Positions 1-9,266 of a DNA stretch of 64,000 nt are shown piece by piece (the stretch's first letter is position 1; each line of letters opens with the position of its first letter). The stretch is from Candidatus Eiseniibacteriota bacterium (GTDB lineage: Bacteria > Eisenbacteria > RBG-16-71-46). The notes beneath the pieces are model-generated. The model was not told the origin of the DNA. It saw only the letters and a list, made by a program, of their open reading frames with translations, and did not search any database. The stretch covers positions 3,488,001-3,552,000 of the forward strand of contig OY970342.1 of assembly GCA_963717505.1 (NCBI GenBank), in the 5' to 3' direction. Made by a program: the position numbers and the translations under genes.

Positions 1-954
1 CGAGGTCACACCCATGTAGGTGAAGGCGATGCAGCACAGGATACCGGCGACATCGGGGCCGTGCCGACGCCAGCGCCAAGCGAGCAGGAGCGGCCAGGCC
101 ACGACCAACACCGGCAAGCCGTCGGTGCGGTGCGTGCTCCAGTTCACCGGCATCAGCTCGACCACGTTCCGGAACATCTCCTGGTGCCGCCACACCAGCG
201 CGAACTCGATCGGCTGGACCAACGCGCCGAGACCGAAGGGATTGACCAGCGAGGCGGCGACCGCGGCGATGCCGGCAAGCAGGAGTCGGCTCGGTGGACG
301 GCGCAGTCGCCACACTTCGTCGATGCCGTAGATCCCGATCAGCAGGAGTCCGAGATACCAGGAGATGTGGACATTGGCCCAGAGCCACGCGACCAGCGGC
401 AGCGCCCAGCTCCGGTCGGCGTTCCCGGCGCGACGGGTTTCGAGGATCCAGAGGGTGACCGCGAGCAGCACCACCGCCAGACTCTCGGGTCGCACTTCCG
501 CGCGCAGCCGGTAGGCAAGGGCGCACCACGCGACCACCACCAGGGGCAGGACGCCGCGAGCACCCATGCGTCGCGCCGCGGCCAGCAGAATCCCGCACGC
601 GAGCAACAACGCGAGCCACCGGTAGGCGAAGAGTCCTGCGATCCCGAACCCCGACCACAGCGGCCACAACAAAGCGCGAAACCCCCAGGATGAAGTGACC
701 TGCGGGTCGCCGTAGCTCGACCACGCCCATTGATCGGTCATCGGGATCGCGTGCTGGGTCCAGATCGCTTTTCCGACCACGAGGAGTTGCCAGAGGTCGG
801 TGTCGAACAACCGATAGCCGGCCGAGAGAATCACGCTCACGGCGCACGCCGTCGCCACGATCCACCACGCCGGGTGTCGGAACGTGAGCTCGGAGGCGTC
901 AGGAACCGCGGGTTTCGTGGTCGAATCGCGGGCTTGGGAACGGCGGGCGGGCAT
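1..954 (-). CDS. Polytopic membrane protein, GT-C-like glycosyltransferase (3' end runs off window)
   Basis: Not in the ORF track because it has no stop in the window. Manual translation from ATG 954: MPARRSQ...YRLFDTDLWQLLVVGKAIW...EVRPESL...WLWANVH...LVNPFG. It has many hydrophobic segments and a DxD motif in the first loop. Confidence 0.65.
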   Translation of the reverse strand, partial: MPARRSQARDSTTKPAVPDASELTFRHPAWWIVATACAVSVILSAGYRLFDTDLWQLLVVGKAIWTQHAIPMTDQWAWSSYGDPQVTSSWGFRALLWPLWSGFGIAGLFAYRWLALLLACGILLAAARRMGARGVLPLVVVAWCALAYRLRAEVRPESLAVVLLAVTLWILETRRAGNADRSWALPLVAWLWANVHISWYLGLLLIGIYGIDEVWRLRRPPSRLLLAGIAAVAASLVNPFGLGALVQPIEFALVWRHQEMFRNVVELMPVNWSTHRTDGLPVLVVAWPLLLAWRWRRHGPDVAGILCCIAFTYMGVTS

Positions 955-971
955 CGCGGCGCATACTAGTG

Positions 972-1000
972 GAAACGCCCGCCCCGGTCGGGGCGGGCGT
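972..1000 (-). terminator. Probable intrinsic terminator
   Basis: Perfect 11-bp GC stem ACGCCCGCCCC-GGTC-GGGGCGGGCGT followed by a short T tract on the minus strand, 30 nt past the stop of the 1030-2154 gene. Confidence 0.55.
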
Positions 1001-1029
1001 CGTGCGCCTGCAGGGTTTCAAGCCGGGGC

Positions 1030-2154
1030 TTAGCGGCTCGTCCCCGCACGGCGGATCTGCACCGATCCGGAGCCGGTGTCGATCGCCAGCGATCCCTGAC
1101 CGTTGCCGATCTGGCCGCGAACGTAACCGTGCTCGCTGCGGCTCAGCGTGTGCGGCACGTCGATGTCGATGCCGCCGCTGCCGGTTTCGATCTCGAAGGC
1201 GGCGTTGAACGCGTTCCCGACCATCACGGTCACGCCGCCCGAGCCGGTGTCGACCGCGCACTCGCGCAGCCGGTCGCTGGCCTCGATGCGAACGCCGCCG
1301 CTGCCGGTGTCCACCCGAATCGACTCGGCATCGAGTCCGGCCATGTTCACGCCACCCGAGCCGGTGTCGACGTCGACCTCGTCGGCCTTGACCTTGTCGA
1401 GATCGACGCGGCCCGACCCGGTGTCGACGCGGATCGTGCCGCCGGTCGCGTTCGAGACGTCAACGTTGCCGGAGCCGGTGTCCACCAGCACGTCGCCCTT
1501 CGATTCGCTGACGCGCACCGAACCCGAACCGGTGTCGAGTCGGAGGTCGCCTTGCGTCGCGTGACACGTAATGGGTCCCGACGAGCTGTCGAGATCCAGC
1601 TCTTCGGCGCGAACGTCATGGACGTCCATGTCGCCGGCGCCGATCCGCAGCCGCAGCGTCTTGCCCGCGGGCACCTGAATGCTCAGGTCGGCGTGGGCTT
1701 CGAGACCGCTGCCGGACCCCATGAGCGCAACGCGCCGCCCGTTGTCCCAACCCTTGCCGCCACCGATGCGGCCGTCGCTGTGAACCCGCAGGTGGGTGGT
1801 CGAGCCGCGACCCATCTCCGGGTAGACGATGCGGTCTTCCGGATAGATCACGCGCAGCGTCGGGATGCCATCGATCGAACTGGTCTCGACCTCGAGACGG
1901 GCGGCATCCGCGCCGCCGGGTGTGATCGTGACCACGACGTCGTTCCCGGTTCCCGGCGCGATCCGCACCGTGCCCGCGAGGTTGTGAATCGCGACCTCGG
2001 ACCCTGAAAGCGTGTGGCGACCTTCGGCGGCGGCGAGGGTCAGGGCGGGGGCCATGACCAGGAACAGAAGCACGGAAACTGCCGTGGCCTGCGTTCGAAA
2101 GTTCAGCCTTGCCCAGGGCCGAAGTCCCAGGGACAAGTGGGGCATGGGGTTCAT
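1030..2154 (-). CDS. DUF4097 / putative adhesin beta-strand repeat protein, exported
   Basis: About eight DTGSG-type repeats and a signal-peptide-like segment (VSVLLFLVMAPALTLAAAEG). The ATG at 2154 is preceded by GGAGGT. The upstream part of the 801-aa ORF is an antisense shadow of ppk2. Confidence 0.85.
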   Translation of the reverse strand: MNPMPHLSLGLRPWARLNFRTQATAVSVLLFLVMAPALTLAAAEGRHTLSGSEVAIHNLAGTVRIAPGTGNDVVVTITPGGADAARLEVETSSIDGIPTLRVIYPEDRIVYPEMGRGSTTHLRVHSDGRIGGGKGWDNGRRVALMGSGSGLEAHADLSIQVPAGKTLRLRIGAGDMDVHDVRAEELDLDSSSGPITCHATQGDLRLDTGSGSVRVSESKGDVLVDTGSGNVDVSNATGGTIRVDTGSGRVDLDKVKADEVDVDTGSGGVNMAGLDAESIRVDTGSGGVRIEASDRLRECAVDTGSGGVTVMVGNAFNAAFEIETGSGGIDIDVPHTLSRSEHGYVRGQIGNGQGSLAIDTGSGSVQIRRAGTSR

Positions 2155-2295
2155 GGATTCACCTCCAGCGTTGCGGCAGACGGGGCCCGGTCTGGGCGCT
2201 TCCTTTGCACTGGGATACTGTCGGCCCCTATAAAGGTTGCACTCCGGTCTGATCTGAAACGTCGGGCTGCCCGGCCCCAGGGTTCGGAGGAACGC

Positions 2296-3102
2296 ATGAG
2301 CTTCACCAAGCGCTTCAAGGTGCCACAAACCGGATTCCGCATGTCGTCGGTGGATCCGGATGCATCGCCCGGGATTCGCGACAAAGCCCAGGCCCGCGTC
2401 ATGCTCGAGCGGGACACGAAGCGGCTCTACCAGCTCCAATACGAGCTCTACGCCGAAAACCGACGATCGCTCCTGATCGTCCTCCAGGCGATGGATGCCG
2501 GCGGCAAGGACGGCACCATTCGCAGCCTGTCGCTCGGCCTGAACCCGCAGGGCTGCCACGTGACTTCCTTCAAGGCACCTTCGACGATCGAGACCGAGCA
2601 CGACTTCCTGTGGCGCATCCACCAGGCCGTGCCGGCGCGCGGCGACATCGCGATCTTCAACCGATCGCACTACGAGGACGTCCTGGTGGTCCGCGTCCAC
2701 AACCTGGTGCCGCGTCCGATGTGGGAGAAACGCTACGAGCAGATCAACCGCTTCGAGCAGCACCTGAACGCGAACGGCACGACCATCGTGAAGTTCTACC
2801 TGCACATCAGCCGCGACGAACAAAAGCGCCGGCTGGTCGAACGGCTCGAGGATCCGCGGAAGCGCTGGAAGTACTCGCAGCACGACCTCGAGGAGCGGAC
2901 CTTCTGGGACGACTACATGAAGGCGTACGAGGCGGCACTCCGCCACTGCTCGACCGCAATTGCTCCGTGGTTCGCGATCCCGGCCAACCGGAACTGGTAT
3001 CGGAACGCGGTGATCGCCCGCATCCTGGTCGAGACCCTCGAGGCGATGAATCCGAAGTTGCCCAAGCCGAAGATCGACACCCAGGCGATCCAGGTCGTCT
3101 AG
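2296..3102 (+). CDS. ppk2: Polyphosphate kinase 2 family (polyphosphate:nucleotide phosphotransferase, class III-like)
   Basis: Motifs LQAMDAGGKDGTI, FKAPS, HDFLWR, FNRSHYEDVL and KFYLHIS. GGAGG lies upstream of ATG 2296. Confidence 0.93.
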   Translation: MSFTKRFKVPQTGFRMSSVDPDASPGIRDKAQARVMLERDTKRLYQLQYELYAENRRSLLIVLQAMDAGGKDGTIRSLSLGLNPQGCHVTSFKAPSTIETEHDFLWRIHQAVPARGDIAIFNRSHYEDVLVVRVHNLVPRPMWEKRYEQINRFEQHLNANGTTIVKFYLHISRDEQKRRLVERLEDPRKRWKYSQHDLEERTFWDDYMKAYEAALRHCSTAIAPWFAIPANRNWYRNAVIARILVETLEAMNPKLPKPKIDTQAIQVV

Positions 3103-4751
3103 CGCCAGCCGCGAACGTCGTAGAGCACCAGAGGCTCGGGCGTCTCGGTCCACCATAGGATCTCGGCGCCCGGCGGCGCATTCTCGTGCTCGAGCAGCGG
3201 TGCCAACCACGGACGGCTGGCCACCGCCCAGCGCCGGTCGACCACCAGTACGTCGGCTTTTTTGCGTGCGATGCGGGCGCGTAGCGAATCGAGATCGCCG
3301 TCGGGCAGCTCGGCGATCAGCCCACCCGCGTAATAGCCGACCCAGGTCTTGCGCGAGACCACGATCGGGCGCCGTCCCGCGATACGGACCAACGAAGAGG
3401 AGTCCTGCGGGCCGATCGCGGCCAGGCGCGGCCATTCCTCACGAAGCCACTTACCGGCGGCACGATGCTCCGGCGCATCGTCCATCAGGGGGCGCAGCGA
3501 CGCGTAGGCCAGGCCATAGGCGCAGAGGATCGCGACCGCGAGTGTCGTCGCCCGGCGCCCGAGGCCCCCGGTCCACTCCCCGAGCGTCAGCAGTCCACCC
3601 GCGGCCGGCACCAGGAGCAGTGGAACCAGCGGCACGAAGAATCGCCGGTCGACCGAGAAGGGTGCGTAGAACAGCGGCGTCGCGATCAACACCACCGCGA
3701 GCGGCCACAGCTCGCGGCGAAACAACAGCGGCAGACCCAAGAGGGCCGGCAGGAGCCAGGGCACATAGATCGCGGCCGGGATCGAGCTGACCACGATGCG
3801 CGCGAGCTGGCTCAGCGTCACGCGCGCGACCGCCATCGGCTCCGCCACCAGGAAGGCTCCCAGCTCGACCTTTCCACGCGGCGCCGCGTCGGCCAGCTCG
3901 GGACTCTCGAATACCCGCTCGGCCAGTCCGGCCGGCTCGCCGAACCGAGCGTCGTAGGTCGCTCGGTGCGCGCGCCACAGGTTGTAGGCGCCTTTCTCGC
4001 CGAGCGAGAAGTGGCCGAGTCGGCTGTGGGTCCACATTAGATAAGGGAGGATCGCCAGCGTCAGCCCGAGCAGAAACCACGGCTGGAGTCGGGGGCGCGC
4101 CCGGGGCCTCATGCCGCGCCAGTCCCGAGCTTTCCCTACGAACATTCGCGTCAGCCACACCGCCCCGGCCAGCAGGATGCCTTCGGGCCGCGCCAGATAG
4201 GCGAGGCCGAACACGGCGCCGGCTGCGCCTTCGGTCGCGGGGTGGTGGTGGTGATCGTCCGCCATCACCCGCTCGATCGCGACCAGCAAGCAGAGCGTGA
4301 AGGTCGCCTCGGTGAGCGCCGACGCCGAATACTGGATCAGACGGGGATGGCTGGCCGCGAGTACGACCGGGATCCAGGCGTCGCGCGCACCCAACGCGCG
4401 ACGGGCGATGGCCGCGAGCGGGAAGAGCGCGAGCGCACCGGCGACCACCGAAACCAGGCGCGCCACGGATTCGAGCGTCTCGGGGGATGCGGCTCCGCGC
4501 ACACCGGCGATCCACGCGGAGGTTGCGATCAGCATCGGATAGAGCGGCGGCCAGATCGTGCTCCAGGCGTGGGCCCAGTCCCCACGCAACAGGGCAGCCG
4601 CGAGTCCGGCGTAGTGGGCGCCGTCGTGCTCGATGATGCCTGCCCGCAGCGCGAGCCACGCGCGGGGCAGGAGTGCGGCGGCGACCAGCCCGACCAGGAG
4701 GGTCCGCTTGGGTCCCGACACGGGTGCATCGTAGGGTAGGCGTATGACCAT
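3099..4751 (-). CDS. ArnT/PMT-like GT-C membrane glycosyltransferase
   Basis: About 11 TM segments, with EHDGAHY in loop 1, PPLYP, TEA, LARPEG, DRRFFVP and a C-terminal extracytoplasmic domain. Confidence 0.75.
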   Translation of the reverse strand: MVIRLPYDAPVSGPKRTLLVGLVAAALLPRAWLALRAGIIEHDGAHYAGLAAALLRGDWAHAWSTIWPPLYPMLIATSAWIAGVRGAASPETLESVARLVSVVAGALALFPLAAIARRALGARDAWIPVVLAASHPRLIQYSASALTEATFTLCLLVAIERVMADDHHHHPATEGAAGAVFGLAYLARPEGILLAGAVWLTRMFVGKARDWRGMRPRARPRLQPWFLLGLTLAILPYLMWTHSRLGHFSLGEKGAYNLWRAHRATYDARFGEPAGLAERVFESPELADAAPRGKVELGAFLVAEPMAVARVTLSQLARIVVSSIPAAIYVPWLLPALLGLPLLFRRELWPLAVVLIATPLFYAPFSVDRRFFVPLVPLLLVPAAGGLLTLGEWTGGLGRRATTLAVAILCAYGLAYASLRPLMDDAPEHRAAGKWLREEWPRLAAIGPQDSSSLVRIAGRRPIVVSRKTWVGYYAGGLIAELPDGDLDSLRARIARKKADVLVVDRRWAVASRPWLAPLLEHENAPPGAEILWWTETPEPLVLYDVRGWR

Positions 4752-4838
4752 GGTGGGCCGACCCTATCAGGTGTCGCGGTGCGCGGAGCAGCCGTGGCCG
4801 CAAGCGATCCCGGGCCATAGTCCACTCGACAGGGCGCC

Positions 4839-5408
4839 ATGAGTCACGAGCGCAGGGAACGTCGCAAGGCGCGTGGTTCGGGCCCTCAGCACCGGGCCGT
4901 GATCGGGTTCCTGGTGCGCTGCCTGATCTACTGGGGCGTCGGTCTGTTCCTGGTCAGCCGGGTTCCCGCGATCGAGGCGACCGGCATCGCGATCACGGTC
5001 GCCACGGTCGAGAAGACCTTCGCCTGGACCGGGCAAGAGATCATTCGCTCGGGCAACGCGCTGATCGCCGGCAGCGCCAGCGTCGAAATCGTCGGCGACT
5101 GTAGCCCGCACATCCCGTACCTGATCTTCGCCGCGGTGGTGCTGGCGTTCCCCTCGACCTGGCGACAACGGGGCCTGGGCTTGCTCGCCGGCGCGATCCT
5201 CATCCACGTGTTCAACACGATCCGAATCCTCGCGTTGATGGCGATCCTGATCTGGCGCGAGTCGTGGTTCGAATTCGCGCACGTCTACCTGTGGCAGACC
5301 GGCACCATCTTCGTCCTATTCGCGGCCTTCGCGTTGTGGCTCAAGTTCGTGAGTCCGCGCGCCCCGGCGCCGGCGCGCGAAGCGCCATCCCCGGGGACCG
5401 GGCCATGA
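4839..5408 (+). CDS. Exosortase/archaeosortase family protein (exosortase H-like)
   Basis: Short multi-TM protein with the Cys-Arg-His triad in the expected order: EIVGDCS, FNTIRI, FEFAHVYLWQ. Confidence 0.85.
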   Translation: MSHERRERRKARGSGPQHRAVIGFLVRCLIYWGVGLFLVSRVPAIEATGIAITVATVEKTFAWTGQEIIRSGNALIAGSASVEIVGDCSPHIPYLIFAAVVLAFPSTWRQRGLGLLAGAILIHVFNTIRILALMAILIWRESWFEFAHVYLWQTGTIFVLFAAFALWLKFVSPRAPAPAREAPSPGTGP

Positions 5409-5872
5409 ACCACTTCCTGGTCCGCTTCGCGGCTTGGGCGACGTTGGCCACCGTCCTGGCGTGGACGGTGCAAGCCCCGTGGGAGCGGACCATCGCCTCG
5501 ATCGCCGCCCGCATCGCGGCGCCGTCCGGCTCGGAGATCGAGGTCGTGGATCTCGAGGTCTTCTATCCCTACGATCTCGCGGTGTTCACCGCCCTCTGCC
5601 TGGCGAGTGCCTGGGCGACCTGGCGCCTGCGCGGGCGCGCGATCGCGATCGGGGTTCCGATCCTGGTGCTGCTCGAGATCGTGGCACTGATCGCTTCGTT
5701 CCGGATCCTGATGGACGCGCGCGATCCGGCCGCGGCGGAACGGACGTTCAATGGCATCATCCGCATGACCGGCCCGGTATCGGCGGCCGCCCTGTGGCTC
5801 CTGTTCCTAGGCCGCGAGCGTCTTTCCCTCACCGCGAGGCGGTGGCTCGGCGACGGACCGGCGCCCTCGTGA
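5405..5872 (+). CDS. Exosortase-associated membrane protein
   Basis: ATGA overlap with the exosortase stop. It has four TM segments and a YPYDLAVFTALCLAS segment, but no catalytic triad. Confidence 0.6.
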   Translation: MNHFLVRFAAWATLATVLAWTVQAPWERTIASIAARIAAPSGSEIEVVDLEVFYPYDLAVFTALCLASAWATWRLRGRAIAIGVPILVLLEIVALIASFRILMDARDPAAAERTFNGIIRMTGPVSAAALWLLFLGRERLSLTARRWLGDGPAPS

Positions 5873-5903
5873 CCGATTCCCCACCCCAGGCAAGGAGGCT
5901 TGA

Positions 5904-6413
5904 ATGAACCCCGAACTTCAGACCGTGGTGGCTCGGATCGAGCTGATCGAGCGGCAGAACGGCACCTTGAAGCTGATCGCCGCCCTGTCGATGGTCGTGG
6001 CACTCGGCGCTGCGGTCATGACCTGGATCCAGTCGAGCCGGCAAGCCACGCCGACCGAGGGCGTCGGACGCTTCTCCTTGGTCGAGGCCAACCGGATCAT
6101 ACTGCGCGACCTCGACAGCCGCGCGGCCGGCGGACTCGAGGTCGACCGCAATGGAACCATTCGGCTGGTGCTCGGCCGCAGCGGCGAGACCGCGGCGGTC
6201 GTGCTCGAAGCCCAGCGCAACGGCATCGCCCATGTCACGCTGCGCGACGCGCAGGGAGCGGTGCGCGCCGGCCTGGTCGGTTCCGATCAGCCGACCTTCG
6301 CGCTGGGCGGCAAGCCGGAGTCGCCGGCGATCACCCTGCTCGCCAGCGCCGACGGCTCGGGTCGCATCGAGGTTCACGATGCGCGCGGCCGGGTGCGCTT
6401 TCGCGCCCCCTAG
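5904..6413 (+). CDS. Hypothetical membrane-anchored protein with repeated (L/V)xDxxGxxR beta motifs
   Basis: AGGAGG RBS, N-terminal coiled coil and TM, then LRDLDSR, VDRNGTIR, LRDAQGAVR and VHDARGRVR. Confidence 0.7.
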   Translation: MNPELQTVVARIELIERQNGTLKLIAALSMVVALGAAVMTWIQSSRQATPTEGVGRFSLVEANRIILRDLDSRAAGGLEVDRNGTIRLVLGRSGETAAVVLEAQRNGIAHVTLRDAQGAVRAGLVGSDQPTFALGGKPESPAITLLASADGSGRIEVHDARGRVRFRAP

Positions 6414-6510
6414 CGACGTCTCCGCACGCCGCGTCGATACCGCCCGCGCCCTCCGGCTGGTAGATTCGCGGGCCGACGACTCGTTGCCCGACCGCGAATA
6501 GGAGCGTCTC

Positions 6511-6969
6511 ATGCGAAAACCGACTCCAAACGATGCCGAGCTGTTGCTTCGCCTGTACGAGATTCGCCGCGACCCCGAGCTGCGCCGGGCGCGCCAGTGG
6601 TTCCTGACCGACTTCAAGCCGGCGAGCTGGATGGAGATCAAGCTGCGCTACCTCACGCACAGCGACGAGGATCGCTACTTCCGCATGACGACCTCGTACT
6701 GGGAGATGGTCGGCACGCTGGTCAACCGCGACGTGCTCCATGCCGAGCTGTTCTTCGACCACACCGGCGAGGACATCGTGACCTGGGAGCGCTGCAAGGC
6801 CTGGATCGCCGAAGCGCGCGCCGACATCCGTCCGACCTACCTCTACCAGTTCGAGCGCATGGTCGAGGCGCATCAGGCGTTTCGGGCGCGCGCCAATGCC
6901 GCGTTCCTCAAGTCGCGCACGTCCGCGCCGGCGGCGGCCGGAGCGCGGGGCGGCGCCAGGCGCAAGTAG
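6511..6969 (+). CDS. Conserved hypothetical protein (DUF4760-like)
   Basis: AGGAG RBS. DAELLLRLYEIRRDPELRRARQWF...SYWEMVG resembles DUF4760 proteins as I recall them. Confidence 0.6.
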   Translation: MRKPTPNDAELLLRLYEIRRDPELRRARQWFLTDFKPASWMEIKLRYLTHSDEDRYFRMTTSYWEMVGTLVNRDVLHAELFFDHTGEDIVTWERCKAWIAEARADIRPTYLYQFERMVEAHQAFRARANAAFLKSRTSAPAAAGARGGARRK

Positions 6970-6986
6970 CGGGTCACGGACCACGG

Positions 6987-8058
6987 ATGTCATCGACGTT
7001 CGGCAGGCTGTTCGCGGTCACCACCTTCGGCGAGTCGCACGGACCGGCCGTCGGCGTGGTGGTCGACGGCATGCCGCCCGGGATCGCGGTCGACGCCGAC
7101 TTCCTGCAGCGCGAGCTGGATCGGCGCCGTCCGGGCCAGAGCGCGCTGACCACGCAGCGCAGCGAGGCCGACCGGGTCGAGATCCTGAGCGGCGTGTTCG
7201 AGGGCAAGAGTCTCGGCACGCCGATCGCGATGCTGGTGCGCAACACCGACGCGAAATCGAAGGACTACGACGCGCTGCGCGACGTCTATCCGCCCCGGTC
7301 ACGCCGATCAGGCCTACGACGCAGAAGTACGGCGATGCGCGACCATCGCGGCGGCGGCCGCGTCGTCCGGCCGCGAGACCGTGGGCCGGGTGGCCGCCGG
7401 CGCGCTGGCCAAGCTGGCACTCGGCACGGTCGGGGTGACCGTCGTCGGCGGCACGGTGCAGGTGGGCGAGGTGCGTGCCGAACGCCGCGACTGGGATCAG
7501 GTCGAGCAGAACCCGGTGCGCTGCCCCGACGCGGGGGCCGCCGACGCAGATGGCGGCGCTCATCGAAGCCGCGCGCGACGCGAAGGATTCGGTCGGGCGG
7601 CGTGGTCGAGATCGTGGCGCGCGGCGTGCCCGCGGGCTGGGGCGATCCGACCATGGACAAGCTCGACGCCCTGCTCGGCGGCGGCGATGCTGTCGATTCC
7701 CGCGACCAAGGGGGTCGAGATCGGCGGCGGCTTCGCGATGTGCGCGCGCGCGCGGATCGGAGACCAACGACGTGTTCGACGACGGACAGCTTCGTCACCA
7801 ACCACGCCGGCGGCATCGCAGGCGGGATCTCGAACGGCGCCGACGTCGTCGTGCGCGTCGCGGTGCGACCGGCGACCTCGATCGGCAAACCGCAGACCGC
7901 CGGCACGCGCGAGGGCGGCACGCACGACGATCGCGATCGAAGGCCGACACGATCCCTGCATCTGCCCGCGCGTGGTGCCGGTCGCCGAGAGCATGATGGC
8001 GATCACGCTGGTCGACGCCTGGTTGCGGCAGCGCGCGGTTCGCGGCCGCGACCGCTGA
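6987..8058 (+). CDS. aroC: Chorismate synthase (several frameshifts, probably sequencing indels)
   Basis: [31 protein letters not shown] and [10 protein letters not shown] are spread over three frames. Confidence 0.9.
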
Positions 8059-8071
8059 GCCCGAGCCCGCC

Positions 8072-9088
8072 GTGCTGATCCTGCTCGACCGGGGCGCCCC
8101 CGAGAGCGCCGCCAGCGACATCGAAGGTCGCCTGCGCATGTCGGGACTGTCGGTCCACCGCACCGATCACGCAGGCGTGATCCGGCTCGCCGCGGTCGGC
8201 GAGGTCGGCGGGGTGGACTGGGAGCAGGTGCGCGGCTGGCCCGGCGTTGCCGAGCTCGAGCGCGATCAAGGTCCCCTTCAAGCTCGCGAGTCGGACGTTC
8301 CATCCGCACGACACGGTGATCACGGTCGGCCGCTGCGCGATCGGCAGCGACCAGCTGGCGCTCATGGCCGGGCCGTGCTCGGTCGAGGGCGAGGAGCAGA
8401 CATTTCGCGATCGCCGAAGCCGTGGCGCAGGCCGGCGCGACGATCCTGCGCGGCGGCGCCTACAAGCCGCGCACCTCGCCCTACTCGTTCCAGGGACTGG
8501 GCGAGGAGGGACTCAAGATCCTGCGCCGCGCCGCGGACGCGAACGGGCTGGCGGTGGTCAGCGAGGTGATGGACCCGCAGACAGGTGTCGCTGGTCGCGC
8601 GCTACGCCGACATCCTGCAGGTCGGCGCCCGCAACATGCAGAACTACGCGCTGCTGCGCGAGGTCGGCCACTCCGACAAGCCGGTGCTGCTCAAGCGCGG
8701 GCTGGCCGCGACCATCGAGGAGTGGCTGATGAGCGCCGAGCACATCGTGTCGCAGGGCAACACCCAGGTGATCCTGTGCGAGCGCGGCATCCGCACGTTC
8801 GAGACCTACACGCGCAACACGCTCGACCTGAACGCGATCCCGGTGGTGAAGGAGCTGTCGCACCTGCCGGTGATCGTCGACCCCTCGCACGGCACCGGCA
8901 TCCGCAACAAGGTCGCGCCGATGGCGCGCGCCGCGATCGCGGCCGGGGCCGACGGGCTGATCATCGAGGTCCACCACGACCCCGACCAGGCGCTGTCCGA
9001 CGGCGCGCAGTCGCTATGGCCGGAGCAGTACCGGGAGCTGGTCGGCCAGATCCGGACGATCGCCAAGGTCCTGGGGCGGCGAGTCTAG
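8072..9088 (+). CDS. aroF: DAHP synthase type I-beta with N-terminal regulatory domain (frameshifted, probably indel errors)
   Basis: [42 protein letters not shown] and VDPSHGTG occur in successive frames. Confidence 0.92.
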
Positions 9089-9157
9089 CTCCAGGGGGCC
9101 ACTTTGAGGGGGCCTCACGGCAGGGTTTTTTCCGAGATCCCCCAAAAAGTTGGCGAC

Positions 9158-9186
9158 TTGTCAAGGCTCGATTGCTAAGCTTATTC
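9158..9186 (+). promoter_or_regulatory. Candidate promoter for the surface-protein array
   Basis: Locally AT-rich intergenic stretch with TTGTCA (9158) and an extended -10-like TGCTAAGCT (9173-9181), about 85 nt before the ATG at 9267. Confidence 0.3.
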
Positions 9187-9266
9187 CGGTCGCGGGATCT
9201 TCCTCCCCTGGAAACCGGGCCTACTGGCGTTCGCCACCACTCACCCCCTCGCGTGAGGATCTCGCC

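Noticed and set aside
2155-3435. Long N-terminal extension on the DUF4097 protein (801-aa ORF)
   Set aside because: It is antisense to ppk2, and a good RBS with ATG at 2154 gives a normal signal-peptide start.
6987-9088. aroC and aroF as pseudogenes or programmed frameshifts
   Set aside because: There are multiple scattered indels with intact motifs and no slippery sites. The same pattern affects essential thrS, and the trp operon that needs chorismate is intact.
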